DNA of 64,000 nucleotides, from positions 16,182,001-16,246,000 of the forward strand of contig JBHGNT010000016.1 of the NCBI GenBank assembly GCA_043228905.1, given 5' to 3'. This document shows, piece by piece, positions 1 through 14,200 of this stretch. Source of the DNA: Azolla caroliniana (Eukaryota > Plantae > Polypodiophyta). The position numbers and the translations under genes were made by a program. A model generated the notes under the pieces. That model did not search any database and was not told the origin of the DNA. It was given only the letters and a program-made list of their open reading frames with translations. Each line of letters begins with the position of its first letter. Position 1 is the first letter of the stretch.

Positions 1-1789
1 CTAACTTGAAGACAAACAGTTTTGCTCAAGCCATTCTAGCGCACATTGATACCTCTCGGGCATCCTGTTCCCAGTTTCAACAACTAGGTATGGACTACTG
101 ACAATTCGAATATCAGGATGGTTTATTGTACTTTAAAAAGCTCGTATAAGTTCCCAATTGCTCCTATCGCCTTCAAATCGTCCAAAATTGTCACGACACC
201 CATACAACGGGACATTTCGATAGTACAAAGACGTTGGATCTAGTTCAACGATATTTTTGGTGGCCCCATATGCGATGTTTTGTCGATGACTACATTCGGA
301 CCTGTGATGCTTGCTGCCGAGCAAAGATGCCACGACATCAATATGGCTTGTTGGAACCCTTACCGATTCCAAGTAAGACGTGGCAGTCTATTTGTCTTGA
401 TTTTATCACAGATCTACTGGTCTCGAAGGGTTTCGATGTTGTTTTAACCGTTGTTGATCGATATACTAAGATGGCACATTTTGTGCCGTGTACTAAGGCC
501 ATCACTAGTGAGGAAACCGCCGCCATTGTCATGCGTGAGGTATTTCGGCATCATGGCCTCCCAGACAGTATCATCAGTGACTGAGGATCTCAATCCGTCT
601 CCAAATTTTGGAAGCATCTCTTCAAGATGGTCAAGGTCTCTTGTAACCTCTCCTCCGGCTACCATCCCTAGACCGACGGGCAGGTGGGACGAACAAATGA
701 AACACTGGAACAATACCTCTGGTGTTTTCTGAGTTATCAGTAGGATGATTAGGCTGATATTCTCCACTTTGCAGAGCTTGCTTATAATAACGCTATTCAC
801 TCCTCGACTCGGGTCTCCCCATTTTACGCTTATACTAGTTCTCATCCTTGTTGGTCTGTGATCGACAACCCGGAGCTACCTACCAATCCTCGTGCCGAGG
901 ATTATTTGGAGAGGCTAGGCAAGATTCAGATGGATCTCTCTACTCATCCTCGTCATGCTCAACACACACAAAAGACTTATGCGGATCGTCATCGGCTTCC
1001 CTCCTCTTTTGCCATCGGATACCGAGTATGGCTCTTACGTCGTCACATCAAGACTATTCGATCGTGCGAAAAGTTGGATTATCGACGATTCAGTCCTTTC
1101 CGTATTAATGGTAAGGTTAATGATGTCACATTTCGCCTTGATCTTCCCCCGCGTCTTCAGATACATCTGGTCTTCCATAGTTCTCTTCTTGAACCTTATA
1201 AAGCAAACACTATTCCCGATCGTGTTACACAACCGCCGCCCCCACTTGAGTTAGATGCCGACCTAGAGTATGAAGTTGTTGCCATCCTCGACTCCAAATT
1301 TATTCGCAACAAACTTTATTATTTGGTCGATTGGCTTGGCTATAGTTTGAGCGAACATACTTGGGAACCCGCCAAGCATGTCACCAATGCCTAAGATCTT
1401 CTTGCTGATTTCCACCGATAGTATCCGGACAAACCCGGTCCTCAATCAGTGCCGACTCGTTACACTCATCATCGTAAGGGGGGGATAGTGTCATGATATG
1501 GCAAAACTCAAACCCATGACCTTATGTTATATGGGTCAAGCTCTTGACCATTATACCATCTATTGTAATACGTAGGATATTATTTTCATTTAAGTTTCAT
1601 TATAGGAAATTAATGCATATTTCATTATAGAAGCTTCAAGACTCCTCTTGAGAACACTATAAAAGGAGGCACAAGGGATTATGTTGAACAAAATTGGTTC
1701 AACGCTAGTCTTAAGCCTCATAGCCATTTTTTACTTACTCTTCATATAATATATCATCTGTTATCATCATTATCTCTCTCTCTCTCGTC

Positions 1790-1825
<36 letters not shown>

Positions 1826-1931
1826 CTCTCTCCCTCTCTCAAGAGTCTTATGCAATCCCGTCCTCTTAGTACTAATAGTACTTCCCTTCTCTAGTTCTAA
1901 TTCTCTCTCTATTTTAGTACTATTCTTGACA
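1..1931 (+). mobile_element. 3' end of a Ty3/gypsy chromovirus: integrase, chromodomain, PPT and 3' LTR
   Basis: Integrase remnants (RYFWWPHM..CDAC, DFITDL, HGLPDSIISD) and a chromodomain (YEVVAILDSK..LYYLVDWLGY..TWEP), broken by stops. PPT AAGGGGGGGA at about 1476-1485. LTR TGTCA...TGACA at 1489-1931 with a TATA box and CT repeat. Confidence 0.9.
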
Positions 1932-2238
1932 ATGCGAGAGGAACTCTTTCGTTTACGAATGTCATCAACATTGGAGTATACCGATTATGAGAGGGAATTT
2001 ATTGACTCCTGGAATACATGGATTCGACTACGTGGTGGAGTGGAGGATGAATGGTTTAAGATGGACCGTTTCAAAGCAAGATTAAGTCCACACTTTGCAT
2101 TGGAAGCAAATCTAAAGGATCCTACAACTTTCCAACCACTTGTCCAAACTTGTCTGTGAAGAATGAGAGGCGTAGATGGTGCTATGCATCGGAAGTAAGC
2201 TTTGTGTGTGTGTGTGTGTGTGTGTGTGATGCAAGAGA

Positions 2239-4960
2239 GATAGATAGATAGATAAATTATATTATCGTATGTGGAGGTCAAATATGACCTATGAGATAAA
2301 AAATATTACATTTCACGTGATACGTGTGAAAGTGAGTAGTGACTCTCGATGTTCAAGAACTTTACCAATGAATGTTGCAATCGAGAGTGCACATTGTGGT
2401 TGTGAGAGGAATTCATGCAAGGATTGGGCTCAATCAAAGAGATGTGGAAAGCATGGTCGAATATGATCAAAGGTAGAGCATTGTATCAAAGTGTGATACT
2501 CCGACTCGCGAACTTGTTTAGGGCAAAGTGTGCATAGCTGACCACTCTCATCAGTTGTGCCTCAACGCCCTGTCTCACATGGAAATGCATGTGAGCTAAG
2601 TCACATGGAAGCAATGGTTGGAATGGCAGATAACAGTATGGGCTCTAACATGTATCGATGTGTACGATTTCCCCGTTCCACAACGAAGATGGTTTTGTTG
2701 TTAGGTGCAACATGTGTAGTATAATGTGTGAAGCGTGAGCCTCCACATTTGTCCCATGTCATGATACATTGGCATTGCAAAGAGGCCTCATTTATAGAGG
2801 AATCTAATGATGCATCATGAAGCAAGTGTCTCACATCCCATCTACCAAACCTTTTTTCTATATCTTGCATCCAACCGGAACACAAAATTTTGCTTTTATG
2901 CGTCTTTTGGATCTTTTTGCTTGCTTCCGACGCAATTCTAGGAAGTCGATGTGAGGGACTTTTTTGAACCTTAGGCATGTATTCAACAACCCTTTCCATG
3001 GCCATGATCTCAATGGGAAGCGATCCCGTGTCAAGGAGGAGGAGGGTGTAGGGCGTTTGTTTCTTAACTTGTAGAAACTTAGTAAGAAAATGTTTTTGGA
3101 CATTTTCAAACTCTTTCCACATAGATTTAGGGATGTTACTGCCCCATACATCCACCCCATACAGAAGAACCGGTGTCACCAAAGTGTCGAAAAGATATTA
3201 ATATCTCCAAGATTGCATGTGTTCTGAAATGCATAATATGCTCGCTTACACGCCTCTAAGCGACGTGTAGCACATTCATTCCATCTATGATTTGAAGGAA
3301 CTTCAAGGCCAATATATTTGAAGCTTTCCACGCATTCAAGTGGCTCATTGTTGTACATAATGCATGTTTTATCTCTTTTTTGGCTCTTCACAAGCATAAT
3401 CTTTGTTTTAGAGCTATTGACACTTAATTTAGTATGCATGCAAAATTTTTCCAATGCCTTCATAAGCTTTTGTGCATCTCCTAAAGTATTTGCAAAAAGC
3501 ACGACATCATTTGCATATAGCAAAAGCATAATCATAACATTCCCAATGGCAACTTCTTCAACACATTCTTCCTTTGCAAACTTGGTAACCATTTCTTCCA
3601 ATTCATCAATGCATAGACCAAATAGTGTTGGTGAGAGTGGGCATCCTTGCTTAACACCAATAGTGCTTTTGAAAAAAATTGAAAGTTTATTTCTCATGCG
3701 CACACAACATATAACCTTCTCATGTATTCGGGAAATTGCAAGCACATATTCACTTGGCACCTCAAGTTCTTCCATTCGCCTACAAAGATGCTCACGAGGT
3801 ACCATATCAAAAGCTTTCTTGAAGTCTACAAAGCAACAATATAAGCCTTTACCTCTAAGGCGACTTTCCTCCATTAATACTTGAAGGGTGATAAAGTGAT
3901 CAATGGTGCTATGGTGTTTTCGAAAGCCAGCTTGTCCATAAGCTCTCTTACCATTTTTTTCAGCCCATACACTTATGTTTGATTCCATTATACATCCAAA
4001 CAGTTTTGCCATTAATGAGCCAACCATGATGGTTCGATAGTTGTTTACATTATTTACATCTCCACCTTTATGTAAAGGTTTGATCCAATTTGTAGTCCAA
4101 TCGTACGACATACCATGTTGCAATGCATCCTTAAACATATCGCTTATCCATACATGTGTTTCCTTTCCCATCCATTTGAGCATTTCAGCCTTTATACATT
4201 GAAGATCGCTTGGCTTTCGAGAGGCCAAATTCTTAAGTCTTATGCATATATCTTCAATTGTAAAGAAACATATCTGAAAGAGAACCATAACACATCATCT
4301 TTCCGGCAAGAGAGAACTCATATAAATTCTTACAATGCATAGACAAGTCATGAAGAGTTAAGTCACCATAACTCTCAACACGTTTCCCCTTTAGATTTCC
4401 CCAAAATTTACCACATGCATGTGCTTTCTCTTGCGTTTGGATAAATTGTTGAGTAACTTCCCATATTCTTCTATTTCTTTGAATAAACGTTTTATACTCA
4501 TGCAAATGCTTTTGATAATTCTCCATATCCTTAACTACATCCAAAACCATAAGGCACTTTTGAGCTTCACGACATTCTTTATCAAACCATTTTTTCCTAA
4601 GTTTCTTGGTGCATTTCCAAGATGTGCGGTTGGTCGAAAAACATTTGTTTGCACAGGAGAGAAGGACTTTCTTGAAAGCTTCCCATTTGCATTCTAGTGT
4701 GGCACCATGTTGTATCTTTGTCATTTGTAACCATATCTTAAGGTTCATGCTCAAGTGTGGTTGTTTATTATCTTCAATAGCCTTCTCACAATCAAACCTA
4801 TGCATGCATTTGAGATCAATACATAAAGGCCTATGATCGGATTCCATTGTCCATTCACCAAGTGAAAATTTATGTATAAGATCTACAATACCTTCGAAAA
4901 GTAGCACATAGTCAATCACACTATTTTCGTTGTGTTTTCTACATGTAATACCATTAGTGT
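2239..4960 (-). mobile_element. 5'-truncated RTE-type LINE inserted into the copia LTR
   Basis: Non-LTR RT at 3176-4288 (NYRTI, QAGFR, FVDFKKAFD, GVKQGCPLSP, LLYANDV). Endonuclease C-terminus IDYVL at about 4900. (GATA)n microsatellite tail at about 2239-2254. AGAGAGA on both sides is the probable TSD. Confidence 0.85.
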
Positions 4961-7072
4961 AGAGAGACAGAGAGCTCTAAACAAGAAAATTGTATATTAC
5001 ATTCAACAGTTACTCCATTACAAAAGGTTGGTTTAAATATCATTTACTCTAGGAAAAATATCCTTTCTACTAATTACACAACTTCCGGATGTCGAAAAAT
5101 TGGTTCAGTTCGATCCTCTAAGGGCTTAGATTCAGCTGAATCAGATTTCGGCTTTCGGAAGGCTAGTTGATATGGCTTCTGATTTTGATTCTTTGATTCT
5201 TCGTGTTCAACTATTCTATTGTTTGATGATACTTTGACTCCTCTGGCCGGCTTTGATTGACTAATCGGTTACTATTCGGCATCGGTTACTACTGTACTCC
5301 CCCTCAAGCGCGGTTGCTCGGTGATCGAGAGGCCAAGGGTCGTCGCGAACTATAACCGTAGCTTGTCGATACCCAGGGCTTTTGTGAAGATGTCAGCTAG
5401 TTGAAGATTCGTGTTGATGTGCTATAGGTCGACATCTCCAGCCTCCACGCGCTTGCGGAATAAGTGATAGGGTACTTCAATGTGTTTAGTCCACGCATGG
5501 AACACGGGGTTCCGAGCGAGGTAGATATTGCTCATGTTGTCGTAGTATAGGCGAATTGGATCCTTGATGGGTGTGCCCAGATCCTTTAGGACATGCTTGA
5601 GCCATACGGCTTCGCATGCGGCAATTGTTGCGCCCTTGTATTCGGCCTTCGTGCTTGATGATGTGACTGTCGGCTGCTTCTTATTGCTTGAGGAGATCCC
5701 TCCACTATCGAATGAGAAGACGAAACCTGACGTCGATCGTCTATCAGCTTTATAGCCTGCTGAATAGCTGAGGTCGGCTTGTGTGATGGTTAGATAGATT
5801 AGGCTACCGATCAGTCGATGATACTGAGTTGGATTGCACTCGGTTGTGCCTGAATCGACATCGAGCTTGAGGTTTCGGTCGAGAGGGATAGACACAAGTT
5901 TGCACTTAGTCATTCCAAACTTGTAGAGTAAGTTGAGAACGTAGTGTCGTTGAGAGATCACTATCCCGATTGGTGTCTGAATTACTTCGATACCAAGGAT
6001 GTGATGGAGCTCGTGCATATCTTTCATTTCAAATCTGCCGGATAGGAGTGATTTTATCTTATTAATCTCGGCAAGATCCTTTCCTTTGATGACCAGATCA
6101 TCCACGTACAAGATGATGAAAATCGGGTTGTTCGTCTCATTTCGGATATACAGAGAGTTGTCCGATTTGGCCATTCGAAAGCCAATTTGATGAAGATATT
6201 GAGTAATCTTTGAATGCCAAGCACGTGGTGCTTGCTTAAGTCCGTAGAGTGGTTTCTTTAGTCTACATACTGGTTTCGGATGATTCTTCGATTCGAAACA
6301 AGGGGGTTGAATCATGAAGACCTCCTCTGCTAATTGGCCTTGAAGGAAGGCATTCTTTATGTCCATATGGTGGAGATGCCACACTTTTGCAGCTGCGAGT
6401 GCAATTACGATTCACACAGTCGTCATCTTTGCCGCTGGGGTAATGGTCTCCTCGTAATTGGTTGTGTGCATTTGTGTGTATCCTTTCGTGAAGAGACGTT
6501 CTTTGAAGCGATTTACAGAGCTATCGGCATTGTATTTTTGACCTTGTAGATCCATTTGCAACCAATTGCTTTGCTATGAGGTAAATGGGAAACAAGGTCC
6601 CATGTCTCGTTTTTGCACAGGGCCTGCATTTCTTCATTCATTGCGTTGACCCATAGCGAGCCCTTCGCGGCTGCGGAAAAAGTTTCCTGCTCTCGGACAG
6701 TTGCTACCTTCATCATAAAGGCGTAATGATATGCCGTATACTCATCATTGCCGAATTGGCTTACGGGGTTCTTTTCACCGATGGACCGACATAACCTCTC
6801 ATTTGCAGAGGCTATGTCTTCCTTTGCTACATTCGTTTGGATGATCGAGGTGTGCAGGCCTTCGAGCTCACTGTCGAGAGAGTGAGTTGACTCAATTTTG
6901 ATCGTGTCTTCGTATTCCGATATTTTGGCCTTCCCTTTATCTAGGTTTGTGTTGGGAAATCGGTCCCTCCGGATTGGATCCAGTTATAAATGAAGATGAA
7001 CCCAATGAGAACCAACAGAGATCCGTAAACTGGATCGGATGGACCCGGTGAGAACCAGAAGAGAAGACATAT

Positions 7073-7212
7073 TTGTAAATATGTTTTGAGTAAGCCTATT
7101 CAGGCTATATTGGTAAATGCCCCTAAGTTCATATAAGTATAAATATGACTTAGGGCAATCACTGTAGATTGGAGATGTGGTTGTTGCCATATTGTTGTTT
7201 AGATAATTGTCG

Positions 7213-7246
<34 letters not shown>

Positions 7247-7443
7247 CAGAGCGATACTTTGTTGTAACCGCCGGCTGGCGAAGATACAGAGCTTGAGGTC
7301 GTTCCCTCTGAGTCTCTGTTTGTACATTTCCTATATAGTGATAGTTTGGAGTCATGGGCTCTCGTGGTTTTTCCCATAAGGGTTTTCCACGTAAACATTC
7401 AGTGTACTCTCTACTTCCCATTTCTGTGTTTGATTTCCATCCA
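7073..7443 (+). mobile_element. LTR-like fragment nested in the copia element
   Basis: Begins TGTAAA and has TATAAAT, an AG microsatellite and a GGTTTTCCACGTAAA U5-like motif. It interrupts copia coding sequence. Boundaries are uncertain. Confidence 0.4.
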
Positions 7444-10400
7444 AGTGATTCAAGACTCGGTTGTGGTTAAGCAATATTCCGTGATCTTCTCCTCAATTCG
7501 GACTCGGCCGACATGTGCTTCGATCGCTCGGCAAACTCTTGTGGTCCACTCAATCAAGTCGTGATTGGACTTTCTTCGAACTTGTGCCTGAGTCGATTTT
7601 CTTCTCCCGTCTCTTGTTCGGCCAATTTCGGGTCGATTGGGGTCGAAATCGTAGTCATCCCTGGTTTGTACCGAAAAAATCTTCTTCAGATTTTCCCAAG
7701 CTTCTTTCGGCATTTTCAAATCTCGAATATAACCGAGCATGTGGTCATGAATGCATGACGTAAGCCAGTACAACACACGGCTCGCGGCCTACTCGCACGT
7801 TGGGTAGTCGACGTGTGTCGGGTTGGGTTGCATTTCATGAGCTCCATCGATGTAGCTCTAGTAACCTTGTCCAACAAGGTACTGATGCATCTTGTACTCC
7901 CAAGATGCGAAGTTTGTCTTGTTGACCTTCTCTGTAGGAAGAGCGCTTCCGATCTAAGTATTCATGATGATTTCTTCTCTATTTTGAATTGGTTTTGTTG
8001 ATCGTCGATGTGTAGCACAACACAGTCAATTAGGCTTGATCAAATAACCACACGCACTGATACCATGTGAAGAATGAGAGGCGTCGATGGTGCTATGCAA
8101 CGGAAGTGAGCTTTGTGTGTGTGTGTGTGTGTGTGATGCAAGAGAAAGAGAGAGTCAGAGCTCTAAACAAGAAAATTGTATATTACATCCAACAGTTACT
8201 TTGTTATAAAAGGTTGGTTTAAATGCCATTTAGTCTAGGGAAATACCCTTTCTACTAATTACAAATCTATCCTAGTAAGTTGTCCACTGACTAGTGTGAA
8301 CATTGTCCCTATGGGAAGTTGAGTTCGATTCTCAACATTGTCAAACCTACAATAGACGAATCCATGTTCTACAAGGGAGAGAAGATTCAATAATGGAAAC
8401 ATTTAAATCTCCTATTCTTCAACAATCATCAATTATGCATGGATTCCCTAATGTCTTTATGACATATCAACCTAATATTCCAATGATGCAAGAAACAACT
8501 CAACCTAAGGTGGAAGGAAATTTCTCAGAGCAAGTTAATCAACGTCTCGATGAAATTACTCGACAAAGCCAAAACATGCAACCAAATTTTAATGTAAGAC
8601 AAACTCGAGATGCTCCAAGGCAAAGGAGAGTCATCGTGTGCTACACATGTGGTGTTGAGGGACATATATCCACACGATGTCCTTCACGGCGACAGGGGGA
8701 TTGGGGTCAAGGGATGTATCAATTTCAAAGTAATGAAAACAACACTAGAAACAACTTTGACCAACTCAACAACCATGTTGTAGGAGGGGAAAGTACTTTA
8801 GTGAAAACTCCAACAAGTCCCCCTAAGGTAAATCTTCTTGATTTTATGTATGATATAGCTAAAGATTGTGATGTTGCACACATTAAGACAACTAGCGGAT
8901 CACATAAAAATAAAGAGTTGGGAGGAGAGTCTAGTAGCTCTAAACAAAAGAAGAAGGCTAAGGAGACTAGTTTGGAGGATAGACCTAAAAAGAAACATTT
9001 GCAAAGAAACATTAAAATTGACAATATGCCTATGGGGAAAGGTGTGGAACTGTTCAATCTCAAGCAAGAGTTAATCTCTAGTGGACCGTGCATTACTTGG
9101 CCACAAATTCTTCAACTATCTCCAACACTAAAAAAGGAATGGTGACATGTATCGAGTATACATTAAAGTATAAAAACATTACATTGTGCGAGGATTGTGC
9201 AAGTGAAAGATCGAATGGATATTCAACCCACTATCTCGGTAACTGTTAAAGGTCTTTTAATTAAGGATGCCTTAGTAGATAGTGGTATTAGAATTGATCC
9301 TACATCTAATGTCGTAGTGAGTAAGATTGGAAATCCTATCTATCAAAAATCCTATCTATCAAAAGTGGTAGACATAGTTGACAAATATTTGGCCTCTTGT
9401 TTTGGAGTTATACAAGATATTGTTATTGAGTGTTTTGGCATGTCCATTTCCATGATTTACATGTAATACTCCTTAAAGGGCCATCTTGTTCATTAGTGTT
9501 AGTAAGAACTTTGATGCAAGAATTACATGTAATATAGAATTGCAGTATGATGAAATGATCATCATCGAAGGGGTTGAACATCTTCTACGACTTGTATCTA
9601 CAATGAGTAATCAAATGTATAAAGGAGAAGAAAACATCTATCGATTATGGCAAGCACGAAGAAGCAAGCATAACAAGTGATGGATCTTCGTGGGATAGGG
9701 AAAAGAAATTGTTCCACACGGTGTCTAAGGATGAACGAGAGGTCATTGAAAAGAAGATTATTTTAAACCATGTCCATGGAGAAGAGGATCTAAGGTTTAT
9801 TTCTCTACTTTCTAAGTTTACAAAGCTATTCATAAATTACTATTCACAGATAAGAGAAGGCATAAAGCACCACATCAAGTTGAAGGAATGTGTACCAATT
9901 ACCTATAAGCTTTGACGATTGGGGATTGTGCAAAAGGAAGACCTTATAAAGGAGTTCAAAGTAATGTTGCAAGCGAGTTTCATTTATATGTGGAGTATTT
10001 GAAGTTTGTGTCACTTATTGTTGTGGTTCCAAAGAACAAGGACATCGACTTCAAACCCTTGAATGATTCCACCACGCGAGATCAGTTTTCCCTTCCTTTC
10101 CGAGATGAGATTCTAGATGAAATAGTCGTACATACAAGACAAGGTAATGTGGAGAATATGGTGTGCCAAGAAATAATTCATATTGATGAAGCAAAGATCT
10201 AAGTAAACCACAATGTGACAACTCCAACAAGTCTCAAAACTTTAAAGGTATTTGTGCAAAATGTTCACTCGCTTGAAAGGTTCATTCATATGTTGACATG
10301 CGCTTCTATCAAGAACTATGTATCGCACGACCCCACTTGTGTTTGGAGTGTTGAAGAAGACAAAATAATTTTGGTAACCTCTTTCTTTGTGTTGGCAAGG

Positions 10401-11085
10401 AGAAATATGGTGATGACAATTGTCAAGGTGTTTGTGTTGGTGTGTGTTTAGGAGTGTGAGATTTTTTTCCTCAATAATTTGATATATTTTTTTCCTTAAC
10501 GGGGGTTTTTTCTCACACAATAATTTGATATATTTTTTATTATTTATACTCCTTCTTTGTCTATACCCTACCATAAGACGAATTAGTTTTTTCCCCTTCT
10601 TTTTATTTTAGACTCATCATAAATGGTTCACTCAAAAAGCAAAGAGGGGGGGCTAAATGTGAAGTCAATTTTTGCTCGTAAGAAAAGACCATGGCAAAAT
10701 ACATCGGATGCTAAGGTGTATAAGAATAAAGCCCGATATCAAATGTTCAAGACTTAAAAGACGAAGAAACTTTAAGGGATATAAAGTTAGAGGTGTTTTT
10801 CAAAAGTAGAAAAGCAGGAAAAAAGAGAAAGAAAAAAAGACGCAGAAAAAGGTAGAAAAAGCAAGGTAGAAAAAAAAGTTCATAACTTCTTCATCTCATA
10901 TCCAAATTTCAAAGGAAAAGATTCGTAAGAACTAAAGAAGAGAGATTTCTTGTATGAAAAACTTGGGATGACAAAGCAGAAAAAGTGATATAAAAAATAT
11001 GTCACATAAACTTGAGGATATGCAAAAAGAAAGAAATGAAAAAAGCAACTAAAAACTTATAAATAGGAAGGTATTCTTAGCAATT

Positions 11086-11250
11086 AGGGGGAGGGAAGAA
11101 TAAGAAGATTATAGGAAGTGAGAAGATTCTTAGTAGAAGAAAGGGGGAGGGAAGAATAAGAAGATTATAGGAAGTGAGAAGATTCTTAGTAGAAGAAAGG
11201 GGGAGGGAAGAATAAGAAGATTAGAAGAGGTGGGAAGAACCTTAGTAGAA
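11086..11250 (+). repeat. 56-bp purine-rich tandem repeat (about 3 copies) downstream of the LTR TATA box
   Basis: AGGGGGAGGGAAGAATAAGAAGATT starts at 11086, 11142 and 11198. Confidence 0.9.
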
Positions 11251-14200
11251 GAAAGAGTCTAGAAGGAAAGACTATTTTCAACTATGTCATTGAGGTTAAA
11301 TTAGTTATTTGGGGTTGTTATTTTTGGAGTCTAAGAACATGGCATTGTTTTCCTAATAGTATATTGAAGTATTATTTTCTCTTCTTCTTCTCTTCTCCAT
11401 AGTTCTTTAATATCTCTCCATCACCATCCAAAACTTGTTAGGGAGATGCTTTTCTTTAACCATACATCATGTGACCCCCAAGAGTGTTCTATTTTTGCGC
11501 TCCGCAACTCCATTTTTTTGAGGTGTATATGGCACAATACATTGATGTGAAATACCTCTTTCACAAAGAAAAGAATTAAAATCATGTGACATGAATTCGC
11601 CGCCACGATTCGTGCATAGAATCAAGAGCTAACTTCCAGAAACATTTTCAACCATAGCTAAAAATGATTTGAAGCAAGAAAATACCTCATTCTTTGCTTT
11701 CATAGGATACACTTATGTATGTGAGTAGCATCGTCAATGAAGGTAGCAAAATATACATGCTTTCCAAAAGATGGAGTCTTCATGAGTCAACACACATCAC
11801 TATGATCAGGCTGTAATTTTCTTGTAGTGTGTGTATGACTATCTTTTGGAAAAGATGCATGATGCATTTTTCCAAGAATGCAACCTTCACATGCATGATT
11901 TTCAATGGACTAAAGTGTAGACAAACCAATAACCATACCCTTCTTTTACAATAAGAGCAAACGATTGAAGTTCAAGTCATCAAAACAAGCATGCCATAGC
12001 TCCATTTCAGCCATGGAAGATGTATAGATAGCCAAGGCCTTTAGGGTAGCTCTTTTGCCTATATCCAAGCGATACAAGCCATTGCATAATGTACTGGACA
12101 TCACGATAAAATCTTTAGTGCTGAAATCATGAACCATACACTTATCATCAACAAAATGTATATGAAGTTCAGCTTTGGCAATCAAAGGAACTGAAATTGA
12201 GTTCTTCTTGATACCGAGCACATACAATGCATTCTTCAAGATGAAAAGACCTCCATTTGCCGCCCTAATCTCAATTTCGCCTACTCCAACGATAGGATAA
12301 GAGGCATTGTTTGCATACACCACATGTACACCACATGTCCTCCTTTGGGTGCATCTTTCAAGGATTCAATTTCTTTTTTGCATGAAGTTATGTGCTTTGA
12401 AGCATCACTATTAAAGAACCAATCCGAATCAGCCTCAGTTACACCATACACTTAGAGTGCAATGGTGCATCATAATGAAATCTAACAACACATGCCCAAA
12501 AATCGTAAACCATGTTGGTTGTTGTGACTTGAGAATAGGAGAGAGAAAAATAAGATGGCAATAGAAGGTAGAGGGGGAGAGAGAAAGAACACTAGAAATG
12601 GAAAGAGAGTTTATATTATAAGAGAGCAAGGATTACAAAGAGTAGGCTAAGTGGCTACAAACTGGTGTTGAACCGAATGAGTTGTGATGCATGAATAGAC
12701 ACCTATTTATAGGTCCTTATGGAGTATTCTAGAATGTTCTAGAATATTTTAGATATTTATGAAATATCCTAGAATGTTCTGGAATACTCTAGAATGTTCT
12801 AGAATACTCTAAATATCTTGGAATAACTAATAATATATTTATTATAACTATACATCATATATGTTAGTATAATGGTTAAAGGTCTAACATATAGACTTAG
12901 ATGTTTTGGGCTCAAATCCTTGTAAGGCCAAAATGTATGTCGTCATGACATTATCCCCCCTTTTCGACGACGAGTTCCATGAGTCAGAAGACAAGATTTT
13001 GGACTTGGCTTATGAGGATATTTGTTGTGAAACGCAGCAACCATTTTAGAGGCATTAGTAAGATTCTCAAGAGGTTCCCATGTTTGATCATTAGGTGTAT
13101 AACCTAACTAGTCAACCAAATAATATAGTTTGTTGCGAACGATCTTGGAGTCGACAATGGCAGCAACTTCATATTTGGAGCCATCCGAAACTTCGATTGG
13201 AGGTGGGGGAGATGTAAGACGGCCTAGAATAGAGCTGGTTGTGTACGGCTCCAAAAGTGAAACATGGAAGACCGGGTGAAGATGCATATTGTTGTTGGGG
13301 TGGGGGGTGAAGCCTAGAATGGCTTCACCCCCTCCCAAGGGAGTTACGTTAGAGAGAGAGCGAGAGAAAGAAAAATAGAAAATGACACCAAATGAGAGGG
13401 GAAAAAACTATATCCCATTACATGCCCCATAAGGGGTTTATATAATACATAATGTAACGGTAAATAATATGTCTGTTACAAAAAGAGACCGTTACATTCT
13501 TGTCACATGCACATAATTGTGCATGTGCTCACACATACTCATCCTCACACTAATACACATTACACATACCGAACAACCCCTTTAACGTGTTTTACCCTTA
13601 TACCGCCCTGTACAACTCCTACGGGTAACACATGGCACACCTGTGGGACAGTGCATCGCACGGTGAACCCACTCGCCATGGCAACTATTAACAATCGGAA
13701 CTCCATCGATCGTCTCAACGGTCGAAAATCCATCGACCAGATCAGAGCTCTACGATCGATAACTTCGATCGGAGAATTGCTTGACTCGAACCTTCTCATT
13801 CGGTCAACATGTCGCTCAATTGGATCACACACCAATTGGCTCCTTCATTGCAGCATGGGCCTTTCATGATTCTGTTACATGTATGTGTTTTTTTTTGTTT
13901 CGTCATGTGAATTGAGATTTGTATTTTGTACCCTTGGTCTCTAAAATTTTTACCCTCAAATTTTTTTTGAAATTTTATTTTCGGCCTTTGTGTTTTCGAA
14001 ATTTTCTTTTCTGCACTCGAGCTTCTGAAATTCGATGTTATGCCCTCGAATTATTGAAATTTTCCTCTCTGCCCTTGAATCATTGAAATTTTGTGAAATG
14101 CCCTTCTATTTTTTCAAATTTTCTTCTCTGCCCCTCTTCTTCTTCTTTTTGTCTTTTTCTCTCTCTGCCTGTATCTTCTTCTTCTTCTAATTTCTTCTTC

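Larger units (their letters stand above)
2155..8302 (-). mobile_element. Ty1/copia LTR retrotransposon, internally deleted, 5-bp TSD TTGTC
   Basis: LTR copies begin TGTGAAGAATGAGAGGCG at 2155 and 8066. TSD TTGTC at 2150-2154 and 8303-8307. tRNA-iMet PBS remnant (CTGATACCA) at 8057-8065. RT/RNase H ORF at 5422-6384 (LYGLKQAPRAW, LYVDDL). The left LTR is split by a LINE and resumes at about 4961. Confidence 0.85.
1932..11380 (+). mobile_element. Decayed non-chromovirus Ty3/gypsy (gag-PR-RT remnants, PPT, partial 3' LTR), split by a copia insertion at 2155-8302
   Basis: Gag-like frame at 1926-2154 resumes at 8303. Zinc knuckle CYTCGVEGHISTRC, protease DALVDSG, RT fragment DFKPLNDSTTRDQFSLPF. 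PPT AAAGAGGGGGGG at about 10641-10652, followed by TGT at 10658. Confidence 0.7.
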
